Shown: piece after piece, positions 9,484 through 20,515 of the stretch
Position numbering within the stretch: position 1 is the first letter of the stretch
Layout: each line of letters starts with the position of its first letter
DNA from: a virus
Taxonomy: Duplodnaviria > Heunggongvirae > Uroviricota > Caudoviricetes
Direction: 5' to 3' (one strand)
Virus record (IMG/VR): IMGVR_UViG_3300028042_000002
Span: 2,050-66,049 of that record
Length of the DNA: 64,000 bases
Position numbers and translations under genes: made by a program
Notes under the pieces: model-generated
Told to the model about the DNA's origin: nothing
The model's database searches: none
What the model saw: only the letters and a program-made list of their open reading frames with translations

Positions 9484-10215
9484 ATGAACACAATTTTAAA
9501 AATATTGACATTAATTGTAACATCAATATTAATGTTTACATCCTCTGTATTAATAATCCAACAATTGTCACCAATTCCGATAATATTAGTAATTTCTTAC
9601 ATGATTTATACAATTGTTAAAATTATTAAAAGTGGTGATTATGATAGATTTGCAGTTGGGTTCTCTTCTACCATTCCAATATTTATAAGTTTTATATTAT
9701 TTATGTGTAGTCCTCATTTATTAACATTATATGAAATTGAATTATCTGAAATTTCTAACAATGGAATAATGGTAAACATTAAAGCATTATCAAATGAATA
9801 TAAAACTAAGTTGGCTGGAGTTGAAATTGTATTACCAAATGATTATATTTTTATGGATAACAATAAATCAACTTTAACAACATTTAAAATATTAAAATCA
9901 AATAATAGCCAATATAAACCATATGTTAAAGTTATTAAAAACACTAAAACTGGTGAATATGATAAACTCCAATTTGATATTTTTAATGATTATAAATTTT
10001 ACACGTCATATTCAATGAGTAGTCAAAATATTAACACAATTGAAAAGGTTTTTAATATTAATTATCCACGTTCATTCTTAGCAAAAGGCGTAATACAATT
10101 ACAACATATTTATAATATTAATCACCCTGCTATTAATGTTCAAACATTATTTTTAGTATTATTGTCAATGTTTATATTAATAGCAGTTCTTTCGATATTA
10201 AAACTTTTTAAGTAG
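9484..10215 (+). CDS. putative membrane protein
   Basis: three N-terminal and one C-terminal hydrophobic segments; AAGGTAAA RBS. Confidence 0.7.
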   Translation: MNTILKILTLIVTSILMFTSSVLIIQQLSPIPIILVISYMIYTIVKIIKSGDYDRFAVGFSSTIPIFISFILFMCSPHLLTLYEIELSEISNNGIMVNIKALSNEYKTKLAGVEIVLPNDYIFMDNNKSTLTTFKILKSNNSQYKPYVKVIKNTKTGEYDKLQFDIFNDYKFYTSYSMSSQNINTIEKVFNINYPRSFLAKGVIQLQHIYNINHPAINVQTLFLVLLSMFILIAVLSILKLFK

Positions 10216-13200
10216 TTGCAACACATCTAAAATTTTTAACTTTAGGTACTTTAGCAGAGTTATTAGACCTTAATAATATTTTAATTCTAAATTCCTTAAA
10301 ATCTGCTAAAGGTGTCTGTAATAAACTATCATCTCCAACACTTATAGTAACTTCTTTAAAGTCATTATTATGTTCAGATGTGATATCATTATCAAAATCC
10401 GTCTTAATCCATTCCATATTTTCCAACGTATCACTACTATCAGCAGATAAAACTTTATAATAAACATCAATAGTATTATCAATAGATTTATTAATATCCA
10501 TAATAATTCGCATTGATGTAGCAGGATTTTGAAGTGTAACTTTCTTTAGAATATATTTGCTTACATTCATTCCACCATTTTTATATGTTTCAAGTGCAAA
10601 TCTACCATTATAATTAGGTGATGTAATATCATTATTTAATGGTTGAATATCGGTAGTCTGATTTGGTTCAATATTAGCAACATTTTCATCAACATTATCA
10701 ACTCTATTTGTGATAGTAATCAATCCTAATGAACTTAAATCAATAACTGGAGATATATTATTATCATTATTGATAGTCCGACTTGTTGCAGTAAAAATTA
10801 TAGAAGGATTGCCTGAATTATTACTATCCTCATTAGTCCGATTAGCAATTTTTAATGGTTGTTCAAGTTCTACCATCGTATTTTCAATAAATTTAATATC
10901 ATTTATAATATTATAATCTTGACCATTAAATTTAGAGTTTATGCCACTATGCTTGAGTGCTTCCGTATTCCAATTAATTGTGCAATCATGAAGAATAATA
11001 TCACCATTTAATTCAAAATTGTCAACTTGGATATTACCTTTAGCATAAACATTATTACCACCTGTAAATCCTTTTACTGTTGCAAGATTATTTACACCTG
11101 ATAATTGTATTACATAACTATCCATATGGTCGACTGCTTGCATAATATGTTCAACTTCGGTAAATCTTGATAAATCTATACCATTTAAAATTGTGGTGAT
11201 ACCATTTTCAAAATATCCAACACAATTAGAAAGTAATTGAATATTATTTTCAATGTTTCCTTGATTTATGTCAAGTCTTTGTGAAATAGAAGTATTATCA
11301 ATATTTTCATTGTAACTGTTAGATGTAAAGTTCTCTAATGGTTGAAAATCTTTAGTAAGGTTATTAAATGTAATAATATACTTTTTATAAGTGTTTACAC
11401 CAACTGTAACATTTTCAATGAATTTGGCACTGGTTACTACTAATGAACCATTATTAATAGAGCCTGTTAATGTTTGCCCGATAATAATATCACCTGATTG
11501 AATAATTACTTCATATTCTAAACCAGTTAAAACATTTAATTTAACTTTATCGCCATTTACTAAACCATGTGATTTATGATGAACTCTAATAAGGTTTGAA
11601 CCTGCTTCACATTCAAAAGGATTGTTTCTAAGTTTTTGACTATCAAAATCAATATTATTAAATTCTAATACCATATCATCACGATTGAAATCAGCTTTAT
11701 ATAAATTAAATTTAACATCTTCCAATTGTTCAGCATTCCACGTCTCATTATTTTGGGATTTGAATAATGAACCCAACGTAGGTTGAGTTGTAATCATAGT
11801 ATTATCAATAAGGTTATTTTCACCCAATCTTGATACAAATATACGATAATCAGGGTCATCTGAACCAATTACAATACAATAACTAATAATTGGATTAAGA
11901 TAAATAGGTGCTTCAAATTTAAATATAGTTTCTAATGTACCATCTTCTGAAATATTTACATTATTACCTTTTTTAATACATTGTGAATATTTTACTATTT
12001 TTGATGATGGATAACCATTTTCCATTTCTCTAATTTCAAACCACACTGATTTATTCTTAGATTTACTTTTAAAAAATATTCCACAACTTGTAAGCATTAC
12101 ACCATTTTCTTCAATTATTACAAATTCTTGAGCAACTGGATCACGACGTTTTCCGCGTGGTCTACTAATATTCATCGGTGGACTAAAATCAGGCTCAATA
12201 TATACACTTTGTCTAACTGGTTTTACTAATGGAGGTTGTGGCAATGGTTTAGCAGGTGGAGATGGTGTATAAATTACTTGAGGTGGTGGAGATGGAATAG
12301 GTGGATTTGCAATAAATCTAGTATTTGTATTAGTTTTAATAACCTCATCAATTAATATAGTAGATTGTTTAACCTGTTTAATGCCACTAGCCCAATATGT
12401 ATTTTTAGCCGTTGTGGTAGTTTCATCAACATTATCATCATTTTTAATATTATCAGTAAGCTTAAATACTCTATCCCCAATATTAAATTTAATTAAATCA
12501 TTATTAGGAATTGTAAATATTGCAACTAAATCCCCCTCTTCATTAGTAATTAAATCATCACTCATTACACCATTTAACGGTCTACAATATTCAGATACTA
12601 AAACATCATCAAAAAATGGATATACTTTAGTATTAGGTCTTAAATTAGTAGCCACAATTTGAACAGATTTACTACGAATATAAGGAATAATATTGACATC
12701 TGTTACACGTAAACCTAAATTGTTAGCAGTTCGTGTATTAGTAATCGAAGTATTTACAACGTTTACACCACCTGAATTAATATTAGTTGTGGTGTTATTT
12801 ACTGTACTTGATATTACATTACTTTTATTATTTCTCCAACTATTAAACTCATTATTAATAGTTTTATTTTTATTCACAAAAGGTGGACTAAAATCAATAT
12901 CTGATTGATTATTCTGTAAGTTTTCAGGTGTTGAAATTGTAATATCATTTTGACTATTGATTAATTCTTTAAAACCTGATCCATCACCAATAACTAAAGT
13001 AGGCTTAGTTTCAATATCTTTCCAATTATCTAAAGATGGTATTAATTCTAACTGACCTTGCCAATTGAATATAAAGTATGGATTAACTGATAATGATTTA
13101 CTTGCAAATGGTTGATTAATATACAATTTTTCATCGTAAGACTGGGTAATAATATCACCATGCCTTTTAAAATTTGATGAATTTGTTTCATTAATTAATA

Positions 13201-16063
13201 AACTTACATATTTTGGGATATAAGATGGTCTTAATTCTTTATTATTGGTATCTAAAGTAGCATTAAATTCTTGATGATTAGTTTCGCTTGCATTAAAATT
13301 GCTAAAATTATCAGTAATTAATCCATTTTTATATCGGTCTAATCCATTAATATCTTTAATTGAAAGGTTAATAGTATTTTCTTCAAGTTGAGTGAGTGTA
13401 ATAATATTTTCAAGGTTATCTACCCGATGCTCAATTTTAGAAATATCTTTCATAGTAAAACGTCTATTGTCAACATATTTTACAGTAATATCATTTTCTA
13501 AATCAAAAGTATACGCACCTAATGAAATTTCATATAAGGTCATCATATTTTTGGGTGTAATGGGTAACTTTGGTTCGATGTCAGGTACACCTTTAATATT
13601 CTGAAATGTTCCATCTTCGGCTAATACTAATTTATCTTTGCGTGGAAGGTAAAATTCAATATCAAATATAATATTACTATCTTTACTTGGAATAAATGAT
13701 GTAATATTAAATTCATTACCATTATTACCTTCATCATCAATATCAGGTCTAAAGTCTAACGAAGATTTTAAATCATAAGTTGTACCATTTTTAGCCAAAT
13801 ATGTTGGGATGTCGTCATAATCAAAATTATTATTGGGGTCTGTGATTAATGTATCATAAGAATTTACATTAAAAAAGTACCCATTATTATTGCCAACGTG
13901 GTCAAAATATTCAATAGTGTATTCAATATCAATATCAGCGGTTAAAGGTGTTGAACCTGAAAGACGTTTAATACTTGATTTACCATAATAATTATCTTGA
14001 ATATTCTTATCAAGTGTAAAATCCTTAGTAATATCAATATTATTAGTCGTATCCATTACTTTTACAATTTTTACGCAATCTGTTTTACTTAATTCGATTG
14101 TGTTATATTGATTTACAATAGTTAAATTATAAGTATTGATTAAATTATCTAATATTTTCTGCTTGGCTGTAACATTAGTAATTAAAACATCGCAAACTAT
14201 AACTACATTTTTATTAGGTTGTAATCCTGTAACTTTAGCTGATTGAGTATTTAAAAATGTGGTATTACTTGATAATAATTCATAAGGTAAATATTCACCA
14301 TTTGAAATATCTTGCTGTCCACAAATCCATGTATTCTGATTAAATGATGTTAAATACTCGACACCATTTACACCAAATATAAACTCACCTGTTGCAGATG
14401 ATACACCAATATACTTTTTACGAACTGTCATTGTAGTATCAGTAATATTTTTAGTGTATTTATAAGGTAATTCAATTAATAAATTATTACTATTAGGCTC
14501 ATAAATTCGGGCATTTGAGATACCACTTCCAACATAAATTTCATCATCTGCTATCATATTACAATAAAAAGGATTATTACCATTTTTCATTATACCTTTA
14601 ACGTCTGCAAATGTACTAATATTACTAATAAATTCAATATCAAATAAGTACAATTTATATATAGTTTCAGCAAGTGTAGTAGGATAAATTTCTTGTGATT
14701 TTACTCTTGCATAACCTATTATACTACCAGTTGATACACCATTTACAATAATATTATCATGTAAATCAATCTTTTCAAAATCAGCCGCATATTCATTACT
14801 ACTTTCAACATCAGTTAACGATAATACATTACTGGTTACATTAGTTCCATCATCTCCTAATTTTACAAGAATATAATTACCTTGTTTAACTCGTACTGCA
14901 CTGGAATTAATAGTTGTAGTGTCTCTAGCTTTTTCTACATTAATATAACTTTCGGCAATCTTTTCAATTTCATACCCTTTTACATACGCCTTACCACTTT
15001 GAAATACTGCCATAAAGTGATTTTTCCAATATTCTAATGTAGCATGGTCTGTTGTACTATCAGGATAAACTAATCCATCATTAGAATTTTTATCAGATTT
15101 TAATAACTGTTTAAATGATAATGTAAATGGTTTTATAGTATAATTACCACTTTCATCGTACGTTCTACGTGCTATCATATCCTGAACATCTGAATATTGG
15201 GGTTTATCTCTTATTTCATTAAGAATACCATAACTAATTCTAGCCAATAATACCCAATTGTCACTATCCGCACTATTATAATTACGTTTTGCAAGTTTTA
15301 ATTTAATTTGATATCTATCACTACCTTCTGCCTTATAATTTGGATAACCTAAAGCATTATCCAACAATGAAATATCATCATTAGCAGTAATAATGTTTTG
15401 TTCTATATTTAAACCTACATCATAATAAGGTTTATATGAATATTTTGATAAAATTATAGATTGTTGTTCAACATATACAAAATAACCAAAAATATAATAA
15501 GTTCCATCAGTAATTGAAAATATTGAAGCTCGCCCAGTTGGATTTATGGTTTCATTTACTGGATGGTCGGGACAATTGGGACATTTTACAATAAATGTGT
15601 ATACAATATTATCATTATCATCTAAAGCATCAACTGTTTCACCATCTAAAAAGGTTTTTTCATCGTTAACTCCACTATTAATATAATTTACATAAATTGT
15701 AGCAGGATCAATATCAGTTTTAATACTTTCTGTTATAGTAGTTGCAAATATTTGACTGGTTCGACCATGCAATTTACGTCCACTAATTTTATCAACGTTT
15801 ATATTTTCATTATTATAATCTAGGTCTTTTAACCTTACATATTGTACGTCATTATTATAATCTAGGGTGGTATTTGCAACCATTGACCCATGTTTAAAAA
15901 TATGATTACCAAATTTCTCAATCTGATTAGATGTGATAGATTGTAATTGATTTAATTCACGAGTTTGAACACTTGAACGAGGCTTAAATAAAACTTTATG
16001 AAATCCTTTTTCACTGTTGAAATCGTCGAAATATGGTTCTACGTTAAACTCTTTTTTAGGCAT
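10208..16063 (-). CDS. large virion structural protein (VrlC/DUF4815 family)
   Basis: FNVEPYFDDF, VLFKP..VQTRELNQLQSI, ARRTYDESGNY, RFTMKDI, DPVAQ.F, GSLFKSQN..TW..EQ.ED.KF; late promoter at 16096-16103. Confidence 0.9.
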   Translation of the reverse strand: MPKKEFNVEPYFDDFNSEKGFHKVLFKPRSSVQTRELNQLQSITSNQIEKFGNHIFKHGSMVANTTLDYNNDVQYVRLKDLDYNNENINVDKISGRKLHGRTSQIFATTITESIKTDIDPATIYVNYINSGVNDEKTFLDGETVDALDDNDNIVYTFIVKCPNCPDHPVNETINPTGRASIFSITDGTYYIFGYFVYVEQQSIILSKYSYKPYYDVGLNIEQNIITANDDISLLDNALGYPNYKAEGSDRYQIKLKLAKRNYNSADSDNWVLLARISYGILNEIRDKPQYSDVQDMIARRTYDESGNYTIKPFTLSFKQLLKSDKNSNDGLVYPDSTTDHATLEYWKNHFMAVFQSGKAYVKGYEIEKIAESYINVEKARDTTTINSSAVRVKQGNYILVKLGDDGTNVTSNVLSLTDVESSNEYAADFEKIDLHDNIIVNGVSTGSIIGYARVKSQEIYPTTLAETIYKLYLFDIEFISNISTFADVKGIMKNGNNPFYCNMIADDEIYVGSGISNARIYEPNSNNLLIELPYKYTKNITDTTMTVRKKYIGVSSATGEFIFGVNGVEYLTSFNQNTWICGQQDISNGEYLPYELLSSNTTFLNTQSAKVTGLQPNKNVVIVCDVLITNVTAKQKILDNLINTYNLTIVNQYNTIELSKTDCVKIVKVMDTTNNIDITKDFTLDKNIQDNYYGKSSIKRLSGSTPLTADIDIEYTIEYFDHVGNNNGYFFNVNSYDTLITDPNNNFDYDDIPTYLAKNGTTYDLKSSLDFRPDIDDEGNNGNEFNITSFIPSKDSNIIFDIEFYLPRKDKLVLAEDGTFQNIKGVPDIEPKLPITPKNMMTLYEISLGAYTFDLENDITVKYVDNRRFTMKDISKIEHRVDNLENIITLTQLEENTINLSIKDINGLDRYKNGLITDNFSNFNASETNHQEFNATLDTNNKELRPSYIPKYVSLLINETNSSNFKRHGDIITQSYDEKLYINQPFASKSLSVNPYFIFNWQGQLELIPSLDNWKDIETKPTLVIGDGSGFKELINSQNDITISTPENLQNNQSDIDFSPPFVNKNKTINNEFNSWRNNKSNVISSTVNNTTTNINSGGVNVVNTSITNTRTANNLGLRVTDVNIIPYIRSKSVQIVATNLRPNTKVYPFFDDVLVSEYCRPLNGVMSDDLITNEEGDLVAIFTIPNNDLIKFNIGDRVFKLTDNIKNDDNVDETTTTAKNTYWASGIKQVKQSTILIDEVIKTNTNTRFIANPPIPSPPPQVIYTPSPPAKPLPQPPLVKPVRQSVYIEPDFSPPMNISRPRGKRRDPVAQEFVIIEENGVMLTSCGIFFKSKSKNKSVWFEIREMENGYPSSKIVKYSQCIKKGNNVNISEDGTLETIFKFEAPIYLNPIISYCIVIGSDDPDYRIFVSRLGENNLIDNTMITTQPTLGSLFKSQNNETWNAEQLEDVKFNLYKADFNRDDMVLEFNNIDFDSQKLRNNPFECEAGSNLIRVHHKSHGLVNGDKVKLNVLTGLEYEVIIQSGDIIIGQTLTGSINNGSLVVTSAKFIENVTVGVNTYKKYIITFNNLTKDFQPLENFTSNSYNENIDNTSISQRLDINQGNIENNIQLLSNCVGYFENGITTILNGIDLSRFTEVEHIMQAVDHMDSYVIQLSGVNNLATVKGFTGGNNVYAKGNIQVDNFELNGDIILHDCTINWNTEALKHSGINSKFNGQDYNIINDIKFIENTMVELEQPLKIANRTNEDSNNSGNPSIIFTATSRTINNDNNISPVIDLSSLGLITITNRVDNVDENVANIEPNQTTDIQPLNNDITSPNYNGRFALETYKNGGMNVSKYILKKVTLQNPATSMRIIMDINKSIDNTIDVYYKVLSADSSDTLENMEWIKTDFDNDITSEHNNDFKEVTISVGDDSLLQTPLADFKEFRIKILLRSNNSAKVPKVKNFRCVATT

Positions 16064-16189
16064 TGATTACTCGTTGAATATGATAATTTTATTAATATTT
16101 ATAATTTTATATGGTTTGGTGTGCATAAGTCCAAAAGAAATAATTTATTAAGATATAATAAGGTTTTAGATAACCAAAGGTAAATTAAA

Positions 16190-16531
16190 ATGACAATAAT
16201 TAGCAAAGATAATATAGATTACGAATTAACACTAGTTGAATATTCAATTATAGATATATTTAAAGAACAATATTCATTTTATGGTAAACTAATAAATCAA
16301 TTTAGAAAGGATGTTTTCATTGATGAAATATACGACAAATTATCATATTTATATAAGAATGATTTGCCATCATCGTATAAATTTAAGCACATTAAAAATA
16401 TTACTATTGTATGTGATAATTATAATAACCCAAAATCAATTGAAGATTATAATTGCTTCATATTGGATTATTTTGTTGAATATAAAAACTCTGACAATAT
16501 TGATAAATTTCAAATAGTTTACGATTATTAA
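16190..16531 (+). CDS. small protein resembling the tail-sheath C-terminal domain
   Basis: IVCDNYNNPKSIEDYNCFILDYFV resembles the gp18 VVCDxxNNxxxVIDxNxF motif; early-type -10 and AAAGGTAAA RBS. Confidence 0.5.
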   Translation: MTIISKDNIDYELTLVEYSIIDIFKEQYSFYGKLINQFRKDVFIDEIYDKLSYLYKNDLPSSYKFKHIKNITIVCDNYNNPKSIEDYNCFILDYFVEYKNSDNIDKFQIVYDY

Positions 16532-17295
16532 TATCCATTATCAATATCACTCCTAAATACTTTTTGATTTTCAGTAAATGAAATTGTTAATATAGTGCGG
16601 CTTGGTGAACCATCAATCATACTTGTAAATTGACCAGACCCACTATAATTAACATTTACACCCGTTATTACACTTCTTTTATACTTTGGCAACCATTCAG
16701 ATTGTTTACTATTGATATAATCTATTTCCATTTCCATTGGGAACGATAATTGATTGCCAATTTTAGATGGTAGACTAGCCTTTTTAAATGTTTTTACAAT
16801 ATCCTTAATGGTAATACTTTCATTTTCATTGTGCGGAGTAAATTCAAACTCTAATTCATATTTTTTAAATTCTAATCCTTTAAATGTCATACTCATATAA
16901 GGGTTTAATATTCTACCAGTGGCTTGATTGTATAAACTTTTACCTGAACTCCCTAATTTTGTGCTATTTATTGCACTTTGAAGTACACCTTGACTTACAC
17001 TCCGAGCATCTTGCATTGTCATTGACGATATTACATTACTTAAATCACTTGCAATATTATCAACTCCTGTATCTGCCATCCGTTGAGAAGCTTTATCTGC
17101 TAATCCACCATATTTTAATTGTTCATACGATACTTGAGTATTATTATTAATGTTTTTAGGCATATATAAAAATATATCATTAAGGTGAATTGATGATGAG
17201 GCGTTGGGACGCTCAAAAAATTTAAAATGTACTAATCCTGCCCCATTTTCAACTAAATCATTTAAATTTGATGGATATGTTAAATTTTCTGCCAT
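16528..17295 (-). CDS. gp48: baseplate tail-tube cap (T4 gp48-like)
   Basis: IFLYMP, GRILNPY...FKGLEFK.Y..EFEFTPHNENES, VITGVNVNY, SFTE; late promoter at 17334-17341. Confidence 0.85.
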   Translation of the reverse strand: MAENLTYPSNLNDLVENGAGLVHFKFFERPNASSSIHLNDIFLYMPKNINNNTQVSYEQLKYGGLADKASQRMADTGVDNIASDLSNVISSMTMQDARSVSQGVLQSAINSTKLGSSGKSLYNQATGRILNPYMSMTFKGLEFKKYELEFEFTPHNENESITIKDIVKTFKKASLPSKIGNQLSFPMEMEIDYINSKQSEWLPKYKRSVITGVNVNYSGSGQFTSMIDGSPSRTILTISFTENQKVFRSDIDNGY

Positions 17296-17434
17296 GTGAA
17301 TGTATTAATATAATAGGTAAAGGTGACTAATATTATTTATAGTTTAATTAAAATTTAAGGTTGATATTTAATTATCTTAATTATGAATGCGGTATAATAG
17401 ATTTTTAATCATTAACCAATAAAGGTAAACTTAA

Positions 17435-17614
17435 ATGAAAATAAACGAAAAATTGAAAGCTGATACAATAAAACTATTAAAAATTGAACAAAATAATGAA
17501 GATATCGAAAATGCACACTGCAACGCGGATGATATTATTTCAAAATTATTAATTGAACTTGGATATGGTGATGTAATTGAAGAATATGACGATATTGAAA
17601 AATGGTTTGCTTAA
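17435..17614 (+). CDS. small hypothetical phage protein (59 aa, below ORF-track cutoff)
   Basis: MKINEKLK...DIENAHCNADDIISKLLIELGYGDVIEEYDDIEKWFA; TGCGGTATAAT and AAAGGTAAA upstream. Confidence 0.75.
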   Translation: MKINEKLKADTIKLLKIEQNNEDIENAHCNADDIISKLLIELGYGDVIEEYDDIEKWFA

Positions 17615-17820
17615 AAATGAATATAAAAAATAAAATATCCCACCACAATCAGTTTATACATGGCGCAAAATATAAAGTTACAAATTTAAAAGGTGATAAA
17701 GTTGTTGTAATTTGTGAGCGTTGGTCTAATCTTAATACTACTAATATTATATTTAATGTTATTGATGGCGGAACGTTAAGAATTAATGATATTATTGATA
17801 AACCTTATAATTTAATCTAA
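17602..17820 (+). CDS. hypothetical protein
   Basis: ORF packed in early cassette; start uncertain. Confidence 0.55.
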   Translation: MVCLKMNIKNKISHHNQFIHGAKYKVTNLKGDKVVVICERWSNLNTTNIIFNVIDGGTLRINDIIDKPYNLI

Positions 17821-18234
17821 ATGGTGAATAAAATGACCACATATTACGAACATAAAGATACGCATCAAATATTCAAATATTTAGCAAAAGATGAACAAGA
17901 TAATACAACGTTAAAAAACATTGTTGCTAATAATGGTGATATTTGCGTAGATGAACCGCTATTAACTAAATATTTTATAAAAATTGATGGATTATTAGCT
18001 TTACATAAGGCTATTAATTATACAGTTGAATATTTTAATACCATTAATATACCCAATATAAATCTTAATGAATTAGATCAAAGAATAACATCAATATATA
18101 AAACTATTATACAACAATACACCGATTTAAATGTATACTCTAAAATTAATGGTGATTTATTAGAAATTGATTATTATATAAAAAGTTTTGATGGGAATTA
18201 CAATAAATATACAATTAAACGAAGTATAAAATGA
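17821..18234 (+). CDS. hypothetical protein
   Basis: 137-aa ORF in early cassette. Confidence 0.7.
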   Translation: MVNKMTTYYEHKDTHQIFKYLAKDEQDNTTLKNIVANNGDICVDEPLLTKYFIKIDGLLALHKAINYTVEYFNTINIPNINLNELDQRITSIYKTIIQQYTDLNVYSKINGDLLEIDYYIKSFDGNYNKYTIKRSIK

Positions 18235-18560
18235 AAATAAATATAGATAAAGCTCATCAAGCGTTAGATAATCCTAATACTAGACAAATTGGGATAACTA
18301 CTGCTAGATTATTGTTAGTATGTGGGTATATAGATTTAAATTATGAATATATTATATTTGTGGTTAATCGTAATAGAGATATTAAGCGTATTAAACCATT
18401 ATTAAAATCTGTATTAATTGCGTATGGTTTCACAAAATTGGAATTGTGTAAAGGTGGTACAATAAAAGTTGGAAATAGTACAATAGAATTAGTAACTAAT
18501 AACTTTATTCGCAGAGGACTTTTTAGTTCAAATGTAATATACATAAAAGATTTATACTAA
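18231..18560 (+). CDS. hypothetical protein
   Basis: 109 aa, ATGA overlap with previous gene. Confidence 0.7.
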   Translation: MKINIDKAHQALDNPNTRQIGITTARLLLVCGYIDLNYEYIIFVVNRNRDIKRIKPLLKSVLIAYGFTKLELCKGGTIKVGNSTIELVTNNFIRRGLFSSNVIYIKDLY

Positions 18561-18561
18561 T

Positions 18562-18587
18562 AAAAGTATCGTATATTGATACTTTTT
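18562..18587 (+). terminator. intrinsic terminator (possibly bidirectional)
   Basis: AAAAGTATC-7 nt-GATACTTTTT hairpin immediately after the stop codon. Confidence 0.65.
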
Positions 18588-18617
18588 AAATTTATAATAA
18601 TATAAAGGTAAAATAAA

Positions 18618-18977
18618 ATGACAATTTTAACAGAAGAATTAGCAATTAAATATAGTATTGAAATGTGGCAGATGATGCCAATTAATACCGACGAAAAACT
18701 TATATATTATAATGAACTTAAATCAAAATATAATATTAAAGATAATGATAAATTATCATTATCATGTTTTTTATGTGATTATACATATGTCAATATGCCA
18801 ACAGAATGTCAAGATTGTAAAGTATGTCCAATGTATAATAAATGGGGGAATGGTAATAAAATTGTTAAAGAATGTGGATATAGAAATTCAATTTACAAAA
18901 AATGGATAATTGAAGATGATAAAATTAAATATTGTAATAAAATTGTTGACAAATTAAAGAGTATCAAAGAATGTTAA
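18618..18977 (+). CDS. Cys-rich hypothetical protein
   Basis: CFLCDY, CQDCKVCP, C; AAAGGTAAA RBS. Confidence 0.7.
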   Translation: MTILTEELAIKYSIEMWQMMPINTDEKLIYYNELKSKYNIKDNDKLSLSCFLCDYTYVNMPTECQDCKVCPMYNKWGNGNKIVKECGYRNSIYKKWIIEDDKIKYCNKIVDKLKSIKEC

Positions 18978-19225
18978 GAATTATTTCAATTTTATCAATT
19001 TTCATTATGTTATCAGCATGTTATGAAAGCGACCAACGTAAAACTACATATAATAATGTTATTTTAATTGATGGATTTCAGAAAAATATGGTTAAACATA
19101 ATGAATATATTTCTAAATTCGAAGGTTTATGTTTAATTGATAAAATACTAACAAAGTGTGGTAATATTAATACACTTAATTTAGAAATGTATGATAGTAA
19201 TTCATACTCGACTAAGATATATTAA
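18971..19225 (+). CDS. putative lipoprotein
   Basis: MLRIISILSIFIMLSAC lipobox-type signal. Confidence 0.65.
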   Translation: MLRIISILSIFIMLSACYESDQRKTTYNNVILIDGFQKNMVKHNEYISKFEGLCLIDKILTKCGNINTLNLEMYDSNSYSTKIY

Positions 19226-19265
19226 AGTTTAATATTTATAAATAATATAAACATCGAGCCAGTTA

Positions 19266-20228
19266 ATGACAAAGCAACAAATTAAAAAGAAACTTAAAGC
19301 TAATGGATATTTACCATTTGATTATGATAATAAAAGTATTTATGTCATATTAAATTATAAAAGTAGAGTAATTGAATATGAAAAACTTCAATCATTATTT
19401 TTAATTGATGGCGGAAAGTACATAAAAAATAAACGAACTTTAACTAGCAATGGTCATATTCAAATTGGTAATATAATGATTGCTATCACACCTTCAAAAA
19501 TTAAACAAATTGACCAACGTAGAATCCAACGATATTTAAGTAGCGAACCTCGAAATTCTATTAAAAATGAAATATATCTTGAAAAGGCAATATCTCAAAT
19601 TGTATGGGATACTTTATCAACTATAACTATTATTTTTAAAGCTGGTGGGAAACGTGTAATACTCAAAAAAGTTAAAGGTAGTAAAGGGGTTGGTTCGGAT
19701 GTTTCAGGACGTAAAAAGGCTGATATTCTAATATTAATTGGTCAATATAAACTACCTGTTAGCATTAAAATGAAAACAGCTAGTTTTTGGGAAAGTGCAG
19801 ATACATATTGGGGTGTAAATGCTAGAAAAATGATAGATCGTGGTGCAATAGAAGGTAAATTAGATGCTAATATAAATGGTAATACTATGAGAATGAATAA
19901 ACCTCTTGGTACAACTGCTACTCGTAAAGAGGAAAAAGATGTTGTATTCGGTTCGGATATTCTTAAAAATGGATTTATAGTTAAGCAAACTTTTACAGCC
20001 ACACAATTTAATTATGATGGCAAAATAAATACATTAACTGTAATATGCGATAGATTATATAAATCTCAATCAGATTTAAAAACTAATGATAGAGCATGGT
20101 TTATCGTTAGAAATAATAAAACTAGAAAATCTAAGAAAATTGGTATTAATGGTGTAGTAGTTGATGCAGTACCTAAAAAATCTGTTGCAGGTACTACTCA
20201 AATTATTAAACGTGATAAAATTAGGTAA
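19266..20228 (+). CDS. basic PD-(D/E)XK nuclease-fold protein, late-type
   Basis: E helix (KNEIYL), KKADILI, PVSIK motifs; TATAAATA at 19237-19244. Confidence 0.55.
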   Translation: MTKQQIKKKLKANGYLPFDYDNKSIYVILNYKSRVIEYEKLQSLFLIDGGKYIKNKRTLTSNGHIQIGNIMIAITPSKIKQIDQRRIQRYLSSEPRNSIKNEIYLEKAISQIVWDTLSTITIIFKAGGKRVILKKVKGSKGVGSDVSGRKKADILILIGQYKLPVSIKMKTASFWESADTYWGVNARKMIDRGAIEGKLDANINGNTMRMNKPLGTTATRKEEKDVVFGSDILKNGFIVKQTFTATQFNYDGKINTLTVICDRLYKSQSDLKTNDRAWFIVRNNKTRKSKKIGINGVVVDAVPKKSVAGTTQIIKRDKIR

Positions 20229-20236
20229 ATATTATA

Positions 20237-20512
20237 TCATTTTATCATTATTTGCTTATAGAAGCCAAATTGTTTATTTTTTATAATTTTACCTGAACAC
20301 CTCCAACCAGCATTTAATTTATCCTTAATTTTGCGAGTTAACTTAATTAATGATAATTCTTTTATTATTAAATTTTCACATATTTCCATATTTTTATAAA
20401 ACAATAATGCACTTATCTTATTTGATTTAATTTTGTTAAATTTATAGTAACTATTTCTCACGATGTAAATATCCAAACATATAGTTAATTTTAAAATATT
20501 ATTATACCACAT
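20237..20512 (-). CDS. small hypothetical protein (true start probably downstream, ~20389)
   Basis: annotated start coincides with a TGTGGTATAAT promoter motif. Confidence 0.4.
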   Translation of the reverse strand: MWYNNILKLTICLDIYIVRNSYYKFNKIKSNKISALLFYKNMEICENLIIKELSLIKLTRKIKDKLNAGWRCSGKIIKNKQFGFYKQIMIK

Positions 20513-20515
20513 TTA

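Noticed and set aside
12150..12310. Proline-rich insert in the VrlC-like protein as a possible intein or mobile insert
   Set aside because: low-complexity linker without intein splice motifs
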